Positions 12,156 to 24,624 of a DNA stretch of 64,000 nt are shown here, piece by piece. Origin of the DNA: Squalus acanthias (Eukaryota); contig JASTWF010000369.1 in assembly GCA_030390025.1 (NCBI GenBank), positions 62,001 through 126,000 of the forward strand. The letters are read 5' to 3'. Below the pieces are notes generated by a model that saw only the letters and a list, made by a program, of their open reading frames with translations, was not told the origin of the DNA and made no database searches. The number at the start of each line of letters is the position of its first letter. Position 1 is the first letter of the stretch. The translations under genes were made by a program, and so were the position numbers.

Positions 12156-14820
12156 ACAAGTGCTTGTTGCACTTATCACGTAAGGGGATGTAGTAACTGA
12201 AGTGCGGTTATACATTCAGTAGAATTAAAAGTTCGACCGAAAATTCCCCTCTCTATGAATAAAACACAATCACGGGAAGGACAAAATAAACCTCAGGTCA
12301 CTTGCCCTAAACACACCCCGGGACCGACCAATGGGCTAGTGGTACTCCCAACACGGATGATATTGTATCATGATGTGCATCACGGGGTGGTGCCAATAAT
12401 ATTGAATCTGACTGAAATGGGACTGCCGAACTGGTGCAAGCCAGAGACAGCGCAGTTATATGGGAGGATGATGCGGGAATTAATAGCAGGATTTTGGGAA
12501 AGGACCAGCATAACACTGGCGGAGTGGGAATTAGAGCCGTTATATCACATGGGCCCTAACGAGGGTAATGGATTTAACAATAACTTTGGGGAAAATAGTA
12601 CTGAGATCATTGAAGAAAACGATATCCGTTACGGGATTAAAGGACCATATCAGAAGGTGAGGGGCTATGATAAATGAGGCAGCATCTGTTTTTAACACTG
12701 GAACCTTCCTCGTTAATAGTTTAGATTTGGTCAGCTTCGATCAATCCGTAAAGGCGGTTAGAAATCGTTTAAGGGAAATTTTGAATAAAATGAATGGTCT
12801 GGAACAAAATGAATTGAAGGAGGACCACATTATGACCATTCATCTGCAGGATGTGGTTAACTATTTAGAATCCCATGCTAATATGTAATCAAATTTTAAT
12901 GGAGGATCGGAATGCCTCTAGTGAGGCTGCACGAAATGATATGCATCTTGGAAAGTTGAACAATCCCATGAAAACCTGCAGAGCATTGCTGAGGGGAAGC
13001 TACCCTCGTGGGTGACTGATCGACACCTGAGGGCTATGTCCACTTACCAATTTACCATGAATAAGTGTAAAGTCAGGGGGTAGGTACAGGTGTACCCGGT
13101 GAAACATGAATGCCATTTGCTGGAACAAAACAACATCACCCTGTTAGTGATGGTATCATATTATTCCATTTTGCCCCAAATGCTTTGTTCCGCTTGGAGA
13201 ATATAGCAGTACGTCAGGGAGACCACTTAATAAGGTATGACAAACCCCCGAAGTATGTGGCCCGAGTGGATGGGACCACATGGATGACCCCAGATCTTAC
13301 CGGGTGCGCTCAAGCTTGGGACACATTCATCTGCACTTATGACGTCGTAGAACACGCAGCCCCTGCTTACTCTTTTGATTAGGATGGGAAAGCATTGGAA
13401 CTGCAGCAACAAAGTGATTGCGGGACCGCACGTCCCCGTACGATCTGCGTATCGTGGGAAGGGTGAATATTGGCCCAGAAATTCGGCTGAATACGGGAGA
13501 GTACGAACTGTGCACTCTCGCGGATTCAGTCCCGAAGTGCCGGTTTCCTGCATGCACTGCGCATGCGCGGGAAACCGACACTTCGAGTCTGGTGAAGGGG
13601 GCGGTTCCGAGGTGAACCGTTTGCACACTACAGGCTGTGCGCACGCAGCACACTTCGGTTTTTTTTTCATGTTTCAACACGAAGGTCAATATGGAAGATA
13701 TTACACATGAAAAAAGGAGGCGTAAGACCCCCTTTTAACAAGGTAAGTAGTTAATTAAGTATTATTTTAAAAATTTTCAACAGGTTTATCTTTTTTAGAG
13801 ACTTTAAAGAAAGGTAAATTTATTTTTATAACATTTAAAAAGAATTTAAAGTTTTTCAAAAATTTATATTTTTGTTTAAAGTGGTTAATTTATTTAACTA
13901 TAGTTATTTTATGAATGTGATGTTTTTTTTTAAATTTATTTGAGGTTTAGCTGTTCTTTTGGGGGCAATTTCTATTCATAGTTTTGACAGTTCTCCTGTC
14001 AAAGCAATGAATGAAAGATGGTGTGCTGCTATTGGCTCTCCATGCCCCACGTGATCCCAGAGCATTGAACTAACTGCGCCTCTGGGACACACACACACTC
14101 CGCGCCGGCACCAGGGAGAGGCCCAGGAGCTGAAGTTCGTGTGGGCCCGAAACACAACGGCCGGCTCGGAGTGTGATATCGCGGGGGATCCCTACCCCCG
14201 CGGCAAGACTCCAAGTCAAATTTCTGGGCCATTGTGTCACTACAATGCACCAGGAATACAGGTATAGTAACAACCTGACTTTTCCTAATGCGACGGGAAT
14301 TTTTGTTTTACCCCGTCCAATCTGTGAGACTTGGGGCGCGGATTTTATTAAGCATTTATTGGCATAGACAAGTAGATATTGTTGCAGAAGATGAGCTAAA
14401 AGAGCAATTACACCAGTACGTGACTCGATTCAGCGATGACATTCCACCTCTGCCAGAACACTTGTTAGAGTTAATGAAATGCGTTAGTCAGTCCCAAAAG
14501 TACTTTTATACCTTGGCCCAGAAAAACCGGGAACTGCATAAAGTAATCCTTAAGGTCGGCGGCGATTTGTCCTGGTGGGATATCGGTATGAGTATTGAGG
14601 TTCATTCCTGGATAAGAATTACCTCCACGTTTTGATCATTGTTCAGTTGGTGATTGTGTTATATTTAATAATGATAACTTGTCGAGTCAACAGGAGACGC
14701 AAGCAGCAAGAGTGGGTTAAACTGTTGCAGAAGACGCTGAAGGAAGAAGACAAAGCCCACAGAGTGGAAGTGCCCGTGACCACTGATTCGGCGGCACAGG
14801 CACTCGTGGGTGGACGGTAA
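12156..14820 (+). pseudogene. env of an endogenous LTR element; F-type class I fusion protein, frameshifted and interrupted by a MITE
   Basis: In order: VVPIILNLT...WCKP; basic cleavage site IRR*(R) followed by GAMINEAASVFNTGTFLVNSLDL and a heptad repeat; LQSIAEGKLPSWV; Cys-rich PPKYVA..D..GC...FIC; a second helix; WWD; TM IIVQLVIVLYLIMITC; basic tail. Directly followed by a PPT-like tract and an LTR. Confidence 0.8.
13472..14230. mobile_element. Harbinger-type MITE inserted in env
   Basis: TIRs GGCCCAGAAATT / AATTTCTGGGCC; 3-bp TSD ATT. Removing it restores env GKGEY-CVTTMH in frame. Confidence 0.9.
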
Positions 14821-16617
14821 GAATAAGGTATTTGCAGTAAATTTTGCTGTAACTTGACCAAACTTAAAAGATGACCAAATTTAATATACCAGCCTGCTTC
14901 AAGAAGCTAAGGTTGATTCTTGTGGGAACTTTGTATGGAAACTGTTCACAGAAACAGAGACTTTCTGCTGGAATGTAAAACAGACTGCTACGTTTATAAG
15001 ATGTAAAGTCTGCCTGCTGCATTTTAACAGATAAGGGAAATAGAGCTTGACAGTTCTGTGGAGCAGAAGCTTTTGAACTGTTCAGCCATTTCAAAAGCAG
15101 GAATATCTTAAGACTTTGGAATGTAACCAGCCTTACGGCCCACTGACTGACTGACTGACCACTGATAAGAAAACAACTACTGACTATTCTTTGCTGAAGT
15201 TTGTGTCATGTCTGCTATGGGCGGGTTGCCAGGTTTTATGGTATAAACACTGCTGTAAAAAGACACTCGGGGCTGCAGTCTGGCAACCTGTTCAGTTGTC
15301 AGAAATCACATGTCAAGTCTTCTCCGAATTGACCAATCACTGGTGTTAGTATAAAAATGAGAAGTAGCACAACACCAGGTTATAGTCCAACAGATTTATT
15401 TAATATTACAAGCTTTCGGAGCTGTCGCCCCTTCCTCAGGTAGAGTTACTGTGAGACAATCTAACCGAATTCACAGAATATAAACACAGAGAAAATGCAG
15501 AGATTCAATCTATCCCTGCATCAAAGACATACTAAGAGCACAGCCAAGACAATGAGATGTGTCCCAGGGGGTCCAACGTGTCAAAACACCTGCTGGCTGC
15601 ATATCCTCTCCATTTGGGTTTGTTTCTTGTGTTTGTTTCTTGTGTTTGTTTTTTTAAAAAAGCTGGAATGACCGGCAACGATGTCAAGTCACGTTCTGTA
15701 ACGTGACATGAACCCGATATCCCGATTGAGGCCGTCCTCATGGGTGCTGAACTTGGCTATCAGTTTCAGCTCGATGATTTCGCGTTGTTGTGTATCCCGA
15801 AGGCCGCCATGGAGAACGCTAACCCGCAGATCCGAGGCTGAATGCCCTTGACTGCTGAAGTGTTCCCCGACTGGGAGGCAACCCTCCTGCCTGGCGATTG
15901 TTGCGCGGTGTCCGTTCATACGTTGTCTCAGTGTTTGCATGGTCTCGCCGATGTACCATGCTCTGGGGCATCCTTTACTGCAACGTATCAGGTAGACAAC
16001 GTTGGCCGAGTCACATGAGTATGTACCATGTACCTGGTGGGTAGTGTCCTCACGTGTGATGACGATATCTGTGTCCATGATCTGGCATGTCTTGCAGAGG
16101 TTGCCGTGGCAGGGTTGTGTGGTGTCGTGGTCGCTGTTCTCCTGAAAGCTGGGTAATTTGCTGCGAACGGTGGTACTTTTGAGGTTAGGCGGCTGCTTGA
16201 AGGCGAGTAGTGGAGGCGTGGGGATGGCCTTAGCAAGGTGTTCGTCGTCATCGATGACATGTTGAAGGCTGCGAAGAACATGGCATAGTTTCTCCGCTCC
16301 GGGGAAGTACTGGACGACGTAAGTTACTCTGTTTGTTGTGTCCCGTGTTCGTCTTCTGAGGAGGTCTATGCATGTGTTGTTAGTATGCGTGTGGTGCTTG
16401 CTTATTATCACTTGACCTTAAAGTAAATGGATAGCGCTGTGTATGCTAAAGTATAATCGAGAATTGTTACATGCAACTTAACTTACTCGTAATCTCTTGC
16501 AGATTTTTAAGTAAAGATGTTTTTCACAGATTCATTGGCGTTTGTATTGTCTGTTCGACGGGTCTGAACTTTGGAAACTGTTGGACAGGCCGAGGGACGA
16601 TATAGGCATGTCTTAGA
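14816..16617 (+). mobile_element. 3' LTR of the env-bearing element, split by a Penelope insertion
   Basis: Homologous along its length to the LTR at 61521-62270. Ends GGTAAG...TCTTAGA (decayed TGTAAG...CTTACA). Preceded by GTGGGTGGAC; TATAAAA near 15242. Confidence 0.85.
15353..16377 (-). mobile_element. 5'-truncated Penelope-like element, family B (GIY-YIG end, ORF 15689-16411)
   Basis: NVVYLIRCSKGCPRAWYIGETMQTLRQRMNGH...GLNRD. 9-bp TSD TGTTAGTAT at 15344-15352 and 16378-16386. Hammerhead-like motif at 15407-15442 (-). Confidence 0.9.
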
Positions 16618-17309
16618 ATACTGATATTGAACCTAATAAATGTTCCCATTTTTGATTTAGTCCTGATTATGTACCTAATGAATACACCCCTCGGAATGTT
16701 TCTGCCCTGGTCTTACATCTTATGAATTCCTACCCTCCCAAATTTATATCCCGATTTTACACTGATTTTACACTGACTTAAAGTGCACCCTGTATAGTTT
16801 TGATTTATTTATACCAAATGACGGCAATCTTTACGATTGTTTTCAACTTTTAAAGTTGAATACATTTTTGACCACAGTCAGTCACTAGATTCCGATGCGT
16901 GTTGTTCACACCAAACTTAATCAGGTACATCACGGCTGAAGTAAATGTTGTAATTTCTTTACAAATAGACCAGAGTGGCTGAGACAAAGCAGGACTTCCT
17001 TAAATAGCCGAGATTTTGAGGGCACAATCTTAACTGAACGTAATTAAGGCATTGTAATTAACTAGGCTGCATTATATGTCAACTTTATTCACGTTCTCTG
17101 ATAGAACAAATCCAGTCACCTTATGTATACTAAACATTTGGCCCTGATTAATTTATTTCCCTGTTATGAGTGATGAACTCATGTGCCAATTGTTGCACGA
17201 CAGCAACACGCCACAAACCCGAGACTGTTAACATAATTACTGAACCAGTTGTTCATTGTGGCCAGCCAGATAAAACCACTATTTTAAATTTAATAATTTG
17301 ATCAGACTC

Positions 17310-19090
17310 GGTAGAGAATTCGAAAGATTCAACTCGCCCTGAGTAAAGAAATTTCTCCTCATCTCAGTCCTAAATGGCCGTCCCCTTATTCTGAGCTGTG
17401 ACCCCTGGTTCTAGAATCCCCAGCAAGGGGAGACATCCTCCCTGCAGCTACCCAGTCAAGCCCTGTAAGAATGTGTATGTTTCAATGAGATCACCTCTCA
17501 TTCTTCTAAACTCTCGAGAATATAGGCCTCGTCTACTCAAACTCTCCTCATAGGACAATCGACCCCAGCCCAGGAACCAGTCTATGGCAAGTATATCCTT
17601 TCTTATGTAAGGATACCAAAACTGTACACAATACACAGATGTGGACTCACCAGGGCCCTATATATTTGCAGTAAGACGTCATTACTCTTAAACTCAAATG
17701 CTCTTGTAAAACAGGCCAACATAGCTTTTGCTTTCCTAATTGCTTGCTGTTCCTGCATGTTAACTTTCAGTGATTCGTGTTCAAGAACACCCAGATCCCT
17801 CTGAACACCAATATTTCCCAATCTCTCATTATTTTAAAAATACTGTGTTTTTCTATTTTTCCTGCAAAAGTGAATAACTTCACATTTCTCCACATTATAT
17901 TAAATTTGCCATTTTCTTGCCCACTCAGTTAGCCTCTCTATATCGCCTTGAAGCCGCTTTTCATCCTCCTCACAACTTAGATTCCCACCCAGCTTTGTTT
18001 CATCAGCAAAAGTGGATATATTACATGTTTCCCCTCATCCAAATCATGGATGTCGTTTGTGAATAGCGTCGGCCCAAGCACTGATCCTTGCGGTACCCCA
18101 CTAGTTACAGCCTGCCAGCACTAAAATGACCCGTTTATTCCTACTCTCTGTTTTCTGTCCATTTACAAATCCTCAATCCATCTTGTGTGGCACCTTATCG
18201 AATGCCTGCTGAAAATCCAAATACATCACATCCACTGTTTCCCCTTACCTAATCTGCTAGTTACAACCTCAAAAAATTCTAACAGATTTGTCAAACACGA
18301 TTGACCTTTCATAAAATAAAAACAGAAAATGCTGGAAAAACTCAGCAGGTCAGGCAACATCTCTAGAGATAGAAACAGAGTTAACGTTTCAGGTCAATGA
18401 CCCATCGTCATCGACCTGAACCGTTAACTCTGTTTCTCGTTCGACAGATGATGCCTGACCTGCTGAGTATTTCCAGCATTTTCTATTTTTATAGCAGATT
18501 TTAAGCATCCTCAGTATTTTGCTTTGCCCTTTCATAAATCCGTGCTGTCTCTGCCCAATCCTATTATTATTTTCTAAGTGCCCTGTTACCACGTCCTTAA
18601 TAATAGATTCTAGCATTTTCCCTAATGATGTCAGGCTAACTGGTCTGTAGTTCACCGTTTTCTCTCTCCCTCCCTTCTTAAATAGCAGGGTTACATTTGT
18701 TACCTTCCAAACTGCGGGACCAGTTCTTCAATCGATGGAATTTTCGAAAATGACAACAAATGCATTCACTTTCTGTATAGCCACCTCTTTCAAAACCCTA
18801 GAATGTAGGCCATCAGGTTCAGGGGATTGATTGGCTTTCAGTCCCATTAATTCCTCCGGTAATTTTTTTTACTAATACTAAATACTTTCACTTCCTCATT
18901 TACGTTAGACCCTTGCTTCTCCATTACTTCTGGGAAGTTTTTTGCGTCTTGTTCCGTAATGACAGACACGAAGTATTTGGTTAATTTCTCAGCCATTTCC
19001 TTATACCCCATTATCATTTCTCCTGTCTCAGCCTGTAAGGGACCCACATTTACTTTCGCCAATCTTTGCTATATTACATACCTATTGAAG
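17310..19090 (-). mobile_element. Degenerate CR1 LINE ORF2 fragment
   Basis: NYRPVSLTS, QHGFMKG, RRMRGDLIETY. Confidence 0.85.
18316..18527. mobile_element. Fold-back mini-insertion of two inverted Penelope family A tails
   Basis: Inverted arms meet at about 18400. TSD CCTTTCATAAA at 18305-18315 and 18528-18538 splits the CR1 HGFMKG coding sequence. Confidence 0.85.
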
Positions 19091-19126
19091 CTTTAACAAT
19101 ACTTTTAGAAACTTTTACAAGGCATT

Positions 19127-20252
19127 TAAGTTAACAATAAACGTAAATTGGTGTCTGTTGCTGGACTAAGACTGTACAAATACCACATGAATATTGTTTG
19201 ATATTTCCTCGTCCACCTTTCCAATATAGACTTGAGTGTTGGCACTGTTTTTGCCTCAAACACTAACCCTGCAAATGAGTTCCACAGCCTTACAACCCAT
19301 TATGTAAAGAATATCTGCTGCACTTTGCTCTAAATCTCTTACATTTACTCTTGTACCGATGACTCCACATTCTTGGTCCCTTGTCTACTGGAAGGATGCT
19401 GCTTATATCTATCCTTAACCAAACGTTCATCATTTTAAACACTTGTATCATATTGCAGTAAAATATTGCCCAAGGGAATTTTTAAAAAATATACTTAAAT
19501 ATATCTGGGATTCCACAATAAGATATAATTTTAATCAATCCATGTAATAGGTCATTCAAGGCATCCCTTTAATGAACTGTTGCAATAATAATTGAATAGG
19601 ACAATTTCGTGCCTGATGATCCATCACATTGTGGTCGATTTTCAACTTATGCCATGAAGCTGGTGTTGCAGGTAATACCTTCATTGCAGAAACCGTTTGA
19701 TTTTCATCTCCATTGATTTAATTGCAAGTAAAATGATTGGGTGGTTTCCACAATGGGAGTGCAATCCACAAAATATATTTTACCTGGCAGAGGCAAGTTG
19801 AAAATCTAACTGTAATGTTGCCCTTCATTAGCCTTGTCACCACAACTCGGGAATAATTTGATTTAGGTGAGCTGAACTATATGCTGAGACTTTTTGATTG
19901 GTGCAAATAGACAAGGGTGGGGAATCAAAACCAATGGTACCGCATTTGTCGTCTGTTATACGCACCGTCTGATATTCAGTTCCATTGACTTTAATAGATC
20001 AGAATATCAGGGGTGTCATATATCGATTCAAAAATGTGATTCCGCCAGTTTTGTCTCCCGCCCATGTCCAACTTCACACCCAATAGTAGAACTATGCCAG
20101 CGTTGCATCAGACCCTGTGCACTGAACCCAAGCCAAACATAAGCACATGCACAGCATCACCAGAGAAAGCAAATGGCACGGCAGCTGTGAACTTATTTCA
20201 CCTAAGGCACATGTTGGGGGAGAAATTGGCTAACCCCAAAAATAGGTGTGGG
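19127..20252 (+). repeat. Copy 2 of the ~1.1-kb duplication
   Basis: Colinear with 10530-11665, including the Harbinger junction. Confidence 0.85.
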
Positions 20253-22956
20253 AAGAAGTAGCGGCGGAGTCGATTACCAGGAATGTAGCTCCAACAAAAT
20301 CGATGCGGTGCAGGAAGCAGTTTAACGATCTCACACGAGTTTTCAAGGTCAGTGGGTTTTTCTTCAAATGGCTGATCCTGTGATCTGCAACTCTAGCCTC
20401 ATTCACTGCTCAATTCACTAAAGCCCATCACCCACCTACCAACAATCTATCAATAAGTACTCAACCCTTCAATTCATATGCTTTACCCCACCCTCATGCA
20501 CTTAGCACTGTTGAAAGCATCGCACCCGCAACTCACAGCTCACACATTCTGGTAGCTATTTAACCATGACAGCCACATCAATCAAACATATTGCACGACA
20601 TTCGTTGACACAATTCCTCCTTTCTTACATGAGTAGGTGGCACTTAACAGTAGGCAGCAGAAAATAGATTGAGGTGGACAAATGCGCCTGCATGTTTTAA
20701 CCCCCATGTATGAGATATCAGGGGAAGAGGAATCGCTGCAGCTGTGGCCTCTGGCGGGGCCGAAGCAATTGAAGATCAGGTTATCAGCATATCTAATCTT
20801 TCTTCTCTCATCCCGCTTCTCCCTCATTCCTCAGTCTCTTCTGACTGGGAAGATGCAGAGTGTGTAAGAAGGCACTTGTTACTTTCTCCCCTCTCATCAC
20901 CACAACACAATCCTTGTCCCTTTTTCATTTAAGATGCCCAGGAACTGGATCCCGTCCAGTCAGTGGAGGGAGAGGAAGAAGAAAATCAAGACGTACAGAC
21001 ACCGTCAATTCATCTTACAGTCGTAGCCACCAGCTCAGACATCGGCTCCGCACATATTTTAGAGGCTGGGGTAGGGATGATTCTGCAAGAGGTGAGACGC
21101 CGGGAACAAGTGTGAAGGATTTAGAGTGGCGTGAACGAATAGCGCAGGCGCCAGCGCGCTGGAGGGCGAAGTCACACATTACTTCTGCGGCAGAGGACTT
21201 AGATGAGGACTTCAATGGGACAGGCTGCAGAAGAAAGGTGATGGTTGTACACACCCAAAGCCTTGTTGCACCGGAAACTTGCCAGAAACCTGCCCTCAAT
21301 GTCATGGAGCATGGAGGAGTCCAGCACTAACTCGGCACGGGGTTTTGCGCTGAGCTCGGCGCCCACCTTTCCAACATAACAGCTGACAGCTGAACGGCTG
21401 GTCACCTCCATCAGTACGCCTGTAGAACCCACCATGAAGCAGCGTCTGATGGCCGATGTCACAACTTCTATTGCATCATAAGCAGCTTCCATTAAATGTC
21501 TGAGTTCTGCAGTGGAAGCTCAGATGGTGCCCTCATGGGTCTGGACACTACTGTTGCAGGAGGCTTCCAGGGCCTAACAGCAGTCGATCAATCTGCCATC
21601 CAACTGATTATTGGATTGCTGAGGCGCCGCGCCGGGTGAGAGGCAGTGGCTCCAAAGAACATGGATCTGCTTTCCGCTCTCAGGATGACAGCATTCCTTC
21701 CCCCACCCCGCCGCTCCGCTGCTACCCATACTATTGCCTGTCATCCAGTTAGCCTAAACTGCTGCAGCACAGGCCGAGATGGTGCAGTCTGAAGCCAAGT
21801 CATCTGGTCCCAGAGCTGCTCGTGGTTTTCCTCCAAGGCCACGTGTAGTCCCCTCAATTGAATGTCAGAAGCGTTCCATCACCCATGCGCCAGGCACTGG
21901 GGAAGCATCTCGTCGAAGCACTAGGAGAGGCAAAAGCACGCGGAACGAGAGGCACTAAGGGATTGCACGAGAATGATTGTATTATTTTTGTGTGATTGTG
22001 AAATGGTTAAATACATACTTTTGGATTTTACTTGAAATGGGCTTTGTCTGTTTGTTCTTATTTTTGTGTTGTCGGAAAGATGATGATGTGATGGCCAGTG
22101 ATAAATGAAAGGTAAGGAGCGTGGGACTGTTGATGAATGGGGAAGTGTTGGGGAGTTTACTGGTATCGCTCATTAATTACTTCATCAGTAGAGCCCGGGC
22201 AGAGAGGGGCTGTCTATTTTGTAACCTCCTTTCCTCTTTCTGTTTCTGCACTTCCTGTTGCACTTCCTCCTCCTCCAAATAATCCTCCTTCACTTTCTCC
22301 TCAACTCCTTCCTCTTCCACTTCCTCCTCCACCTCCTCCTCCTTCAATACTTCCGCCACTTCATTCTCCTCCTCGTGTTGAGGCTCCTCAGCTTCTCGCC
22401 TGATTCGCGGCGGCACGGCTATTCCCTCATAATGGCCAGTTTGCGCAGCATTCAGGACTAACTCAAATCTTCATACCCGCTCAGCTGACGGACATTCACT
22501 TGCATGAAGGGAGGCCTATGGTCGCACAACAGCTGCACACTGAAAATGGCCGAGTTGACAGGAGGTGCACACAAGGCATTGCGTGTGCATTCAATTGCAC
22601 CCTGCACCAGGGGGAAGCCTGCAATCAGAGCAAACCCTCGTGCTCTCTCCACCTGCTTGACTGCGGCAGGAAGGAATGAGATGAGGCGGTCTGTCTTTGC
22701 ATCGAGAGCCTCACTGACCTCCCGTATGCAGCAGTGCACTGCAAAAAGCGAGAGGTTATTTACATCAACAGCAGCAGCCTGGAAGGAGAAAGCTGCATAA
22801 AAATTAAGAATCATTGTCACCTTAACACCCATTTAGCAAGGTGGCACACGGCGCATTTCCTGCCAGAACTCTGCAGGCGCATCTGGGCAGACATTTTATA
22901 GAGTTGAGACGCCGCTTAACACCTAAAAAGCGGCGCTGCAGAGCCGAATTTCTCCC
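20216..22956. mobile_element. Harbinger (PIF) transposon copy 2: Myb/SANT-like gene remnant (+) convergent with a HARBI1-like DDE transposase remnant (-)
   Basis: TIRs GGGAGAAATTGGC / GCCGAATTTCTCCC. Plus strand: WEEVAAE...CRKQFNDL then a GTCAGT donor. Minus strand 22150-22832: KVTMILNFYA...GFALIAGFPLVQGAIECT...MLRKLAIMR, then an acidic tail. Confidence 0.85.
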
Positions 22957-23199
22957 ATTTTTTAGGCTGATTCAGAGAGCTCAGCAATATTGGCCAACCT
23001 AAAGTCTGGTGGACAACAGCATGTAAATCGCAAATATTTGTTTCCTAATGGCAGTTGTTAATTAAGTCTAGTGTGTTATTGAATGCACACATTTTGCCCC
23101 GCATGTTCCTGGCCGCGATACTAGATTTTGCACAAACTGCAAAGTTACCAATCCGTTTATCTTGTCTGTAAGTATCTGAATATAATAATTTAGGTTCTG

Positions 23200-24470
23200 G
23201 GGATCTTACCCAACAATAACCTGCTCAGCGACGCTCTGTTGGGTTTCCGCCAGGACCACTCGACTCCAGACCTCATTACAGCCTTCGTGCAAATATGGAG
23301 AAAGAGCTGAATTACAGAGGTTAGGTGAGAGTGACTGTTCTTGTCATCAAGGCAAAACTTGACCGAGTGTACCGCCAAGGAGCCCTAGTAAAATGTGAAA
23401 TCAGTGGGATTCAGGCTGGAGTCATACCTAGAACAAAGGACGATCGTTGTGGTTGTTGGAGGCCAATCATCTCAACCCAAGGACATCCCTGCAGGAGTTC
23501 CTCAGAGCAGTGTCCTAGCCCCAAACATCTTCAGCTGCTTCATCAATGACCTTCCCTTCGTCATAAGGTCAGACATGGGGATGTTCGCTGCTGATTCCAT
23601 AGTGTACAATTCCATTGCAATTCCGCAGATAATGATGTAATCCGTGCCTGCTTGCAACAAGACCTGGAAAGCATCCAGACTCGGGCTGAGAAGTGGCAAA
23701 TAACATACATGCTGCACAATGCTAGGAAATGACCATCTCCAACAAGACAGAGTCTAAACACCCCCGTGACATTCAATGGCATGCCCATCGTCGAATCCCC
23801 GGCCATCAACATCCTGAGTTTTATCACTGACCAAAAAGTTAACTGTACCAGCCACATAAATAATGTGGCTGTAAGAGCAGGTCAGAGGTTGGGTATTCTG
23901 TGGCAAGTGACTCACCTCATGATTCGCCAGAAATGTTCCACCACCTGAAAGGCACAACTCAGGAGTGTGATTGAAAACTCTCCACTTGCGTGACTGAGCT
24001 CAAACAATACTCAAGAATCTCGACACCATCCAGAACAAAACAGTTCGCTTGATCGGCACACCATTCACCACTTTAAACATGCACTGCCTCCAACAATGTC
24101 CAAAGTGTCTGCAGTGTGTACCATCTACATGATACTCTGCAGCAACTCGCAAAGGCATCTTCAGCAGTACCTCCCAGACCCATGACCTCTACCACCTAGA
24201 AGGACAAGGGCAGCAGGCGAAAGGGAACACCGCCTCATCCAAGTTCCCCTTCAAGTCACACAGCATCCTGAGTTGGAAATATATCGCCGTTCCTTCATCG
24301 TCGCTGGTTCAAAATCCTGGAACTCCCCACCTAATAGCAAAATGGGAGTATATTCACCACATGGATTGCAGCCGTCGAAGATGGCGGATCAGCCTCACCG
24401 TTTCAAGTGTAATTACGATAGGCAATAAATGCTGTCCTGGCCAGCGACATCCACATCCTCTGACTGAATA
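23200..24470 (+). mobile_element. Degenerate non-LTR retrotransposon (CR1/L2 group, second family), RT 3' part
   Basis: AGVPQSSVLAPNIFSCFINDL...MFAADS; homologous to 60640-61520. Confidence 0.8.
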
Positions 24471-24587
24471 CATAGAAATTCACAATTATGTGCTCGTTCA
24501 TAGTCAATAATTAAGTAATTTAAAATAACAACAGAAAACGCTGGAAAAACTCAGCAGGCCAGGCAGCATCCGTGGAGAGAGAAAGAG

Positions 24588-24624
24588 AGTTGACGTTTCA
24601 GGTCGATGACCTTTCATCAGAACT
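24588..24624 (-). ncRNA. Minimal hammerhead ribozyme motif (GUC site)
   Basis: Reverse complement reads AGTT-CTGATGA-AAGGTCATCGACCT-GAAA-CGTC-AACT. Confidence 0.75.

Noticed and set aside
12255..14820. Domesticated (syncytin-like) env gene
   Set aside because: This copy has multiple frameshifts, stops, a MITE insertion and no signal-peptide start, so it is not functional.
22137..22461. Proline-rich or glutamate-rich host protein ORFs
   Set aside because: These are the low-complexity acidic C-terminus of the Harbinger transposase and its antisense frames.
22458..22832. Host HARBI1 gene
   Set aside because: It is flanked by TIRs, paired with a Myb-like remnant, deleted internally, and the catalytic GAIDC motif is altered to GAIEC; it is a transposon relic.
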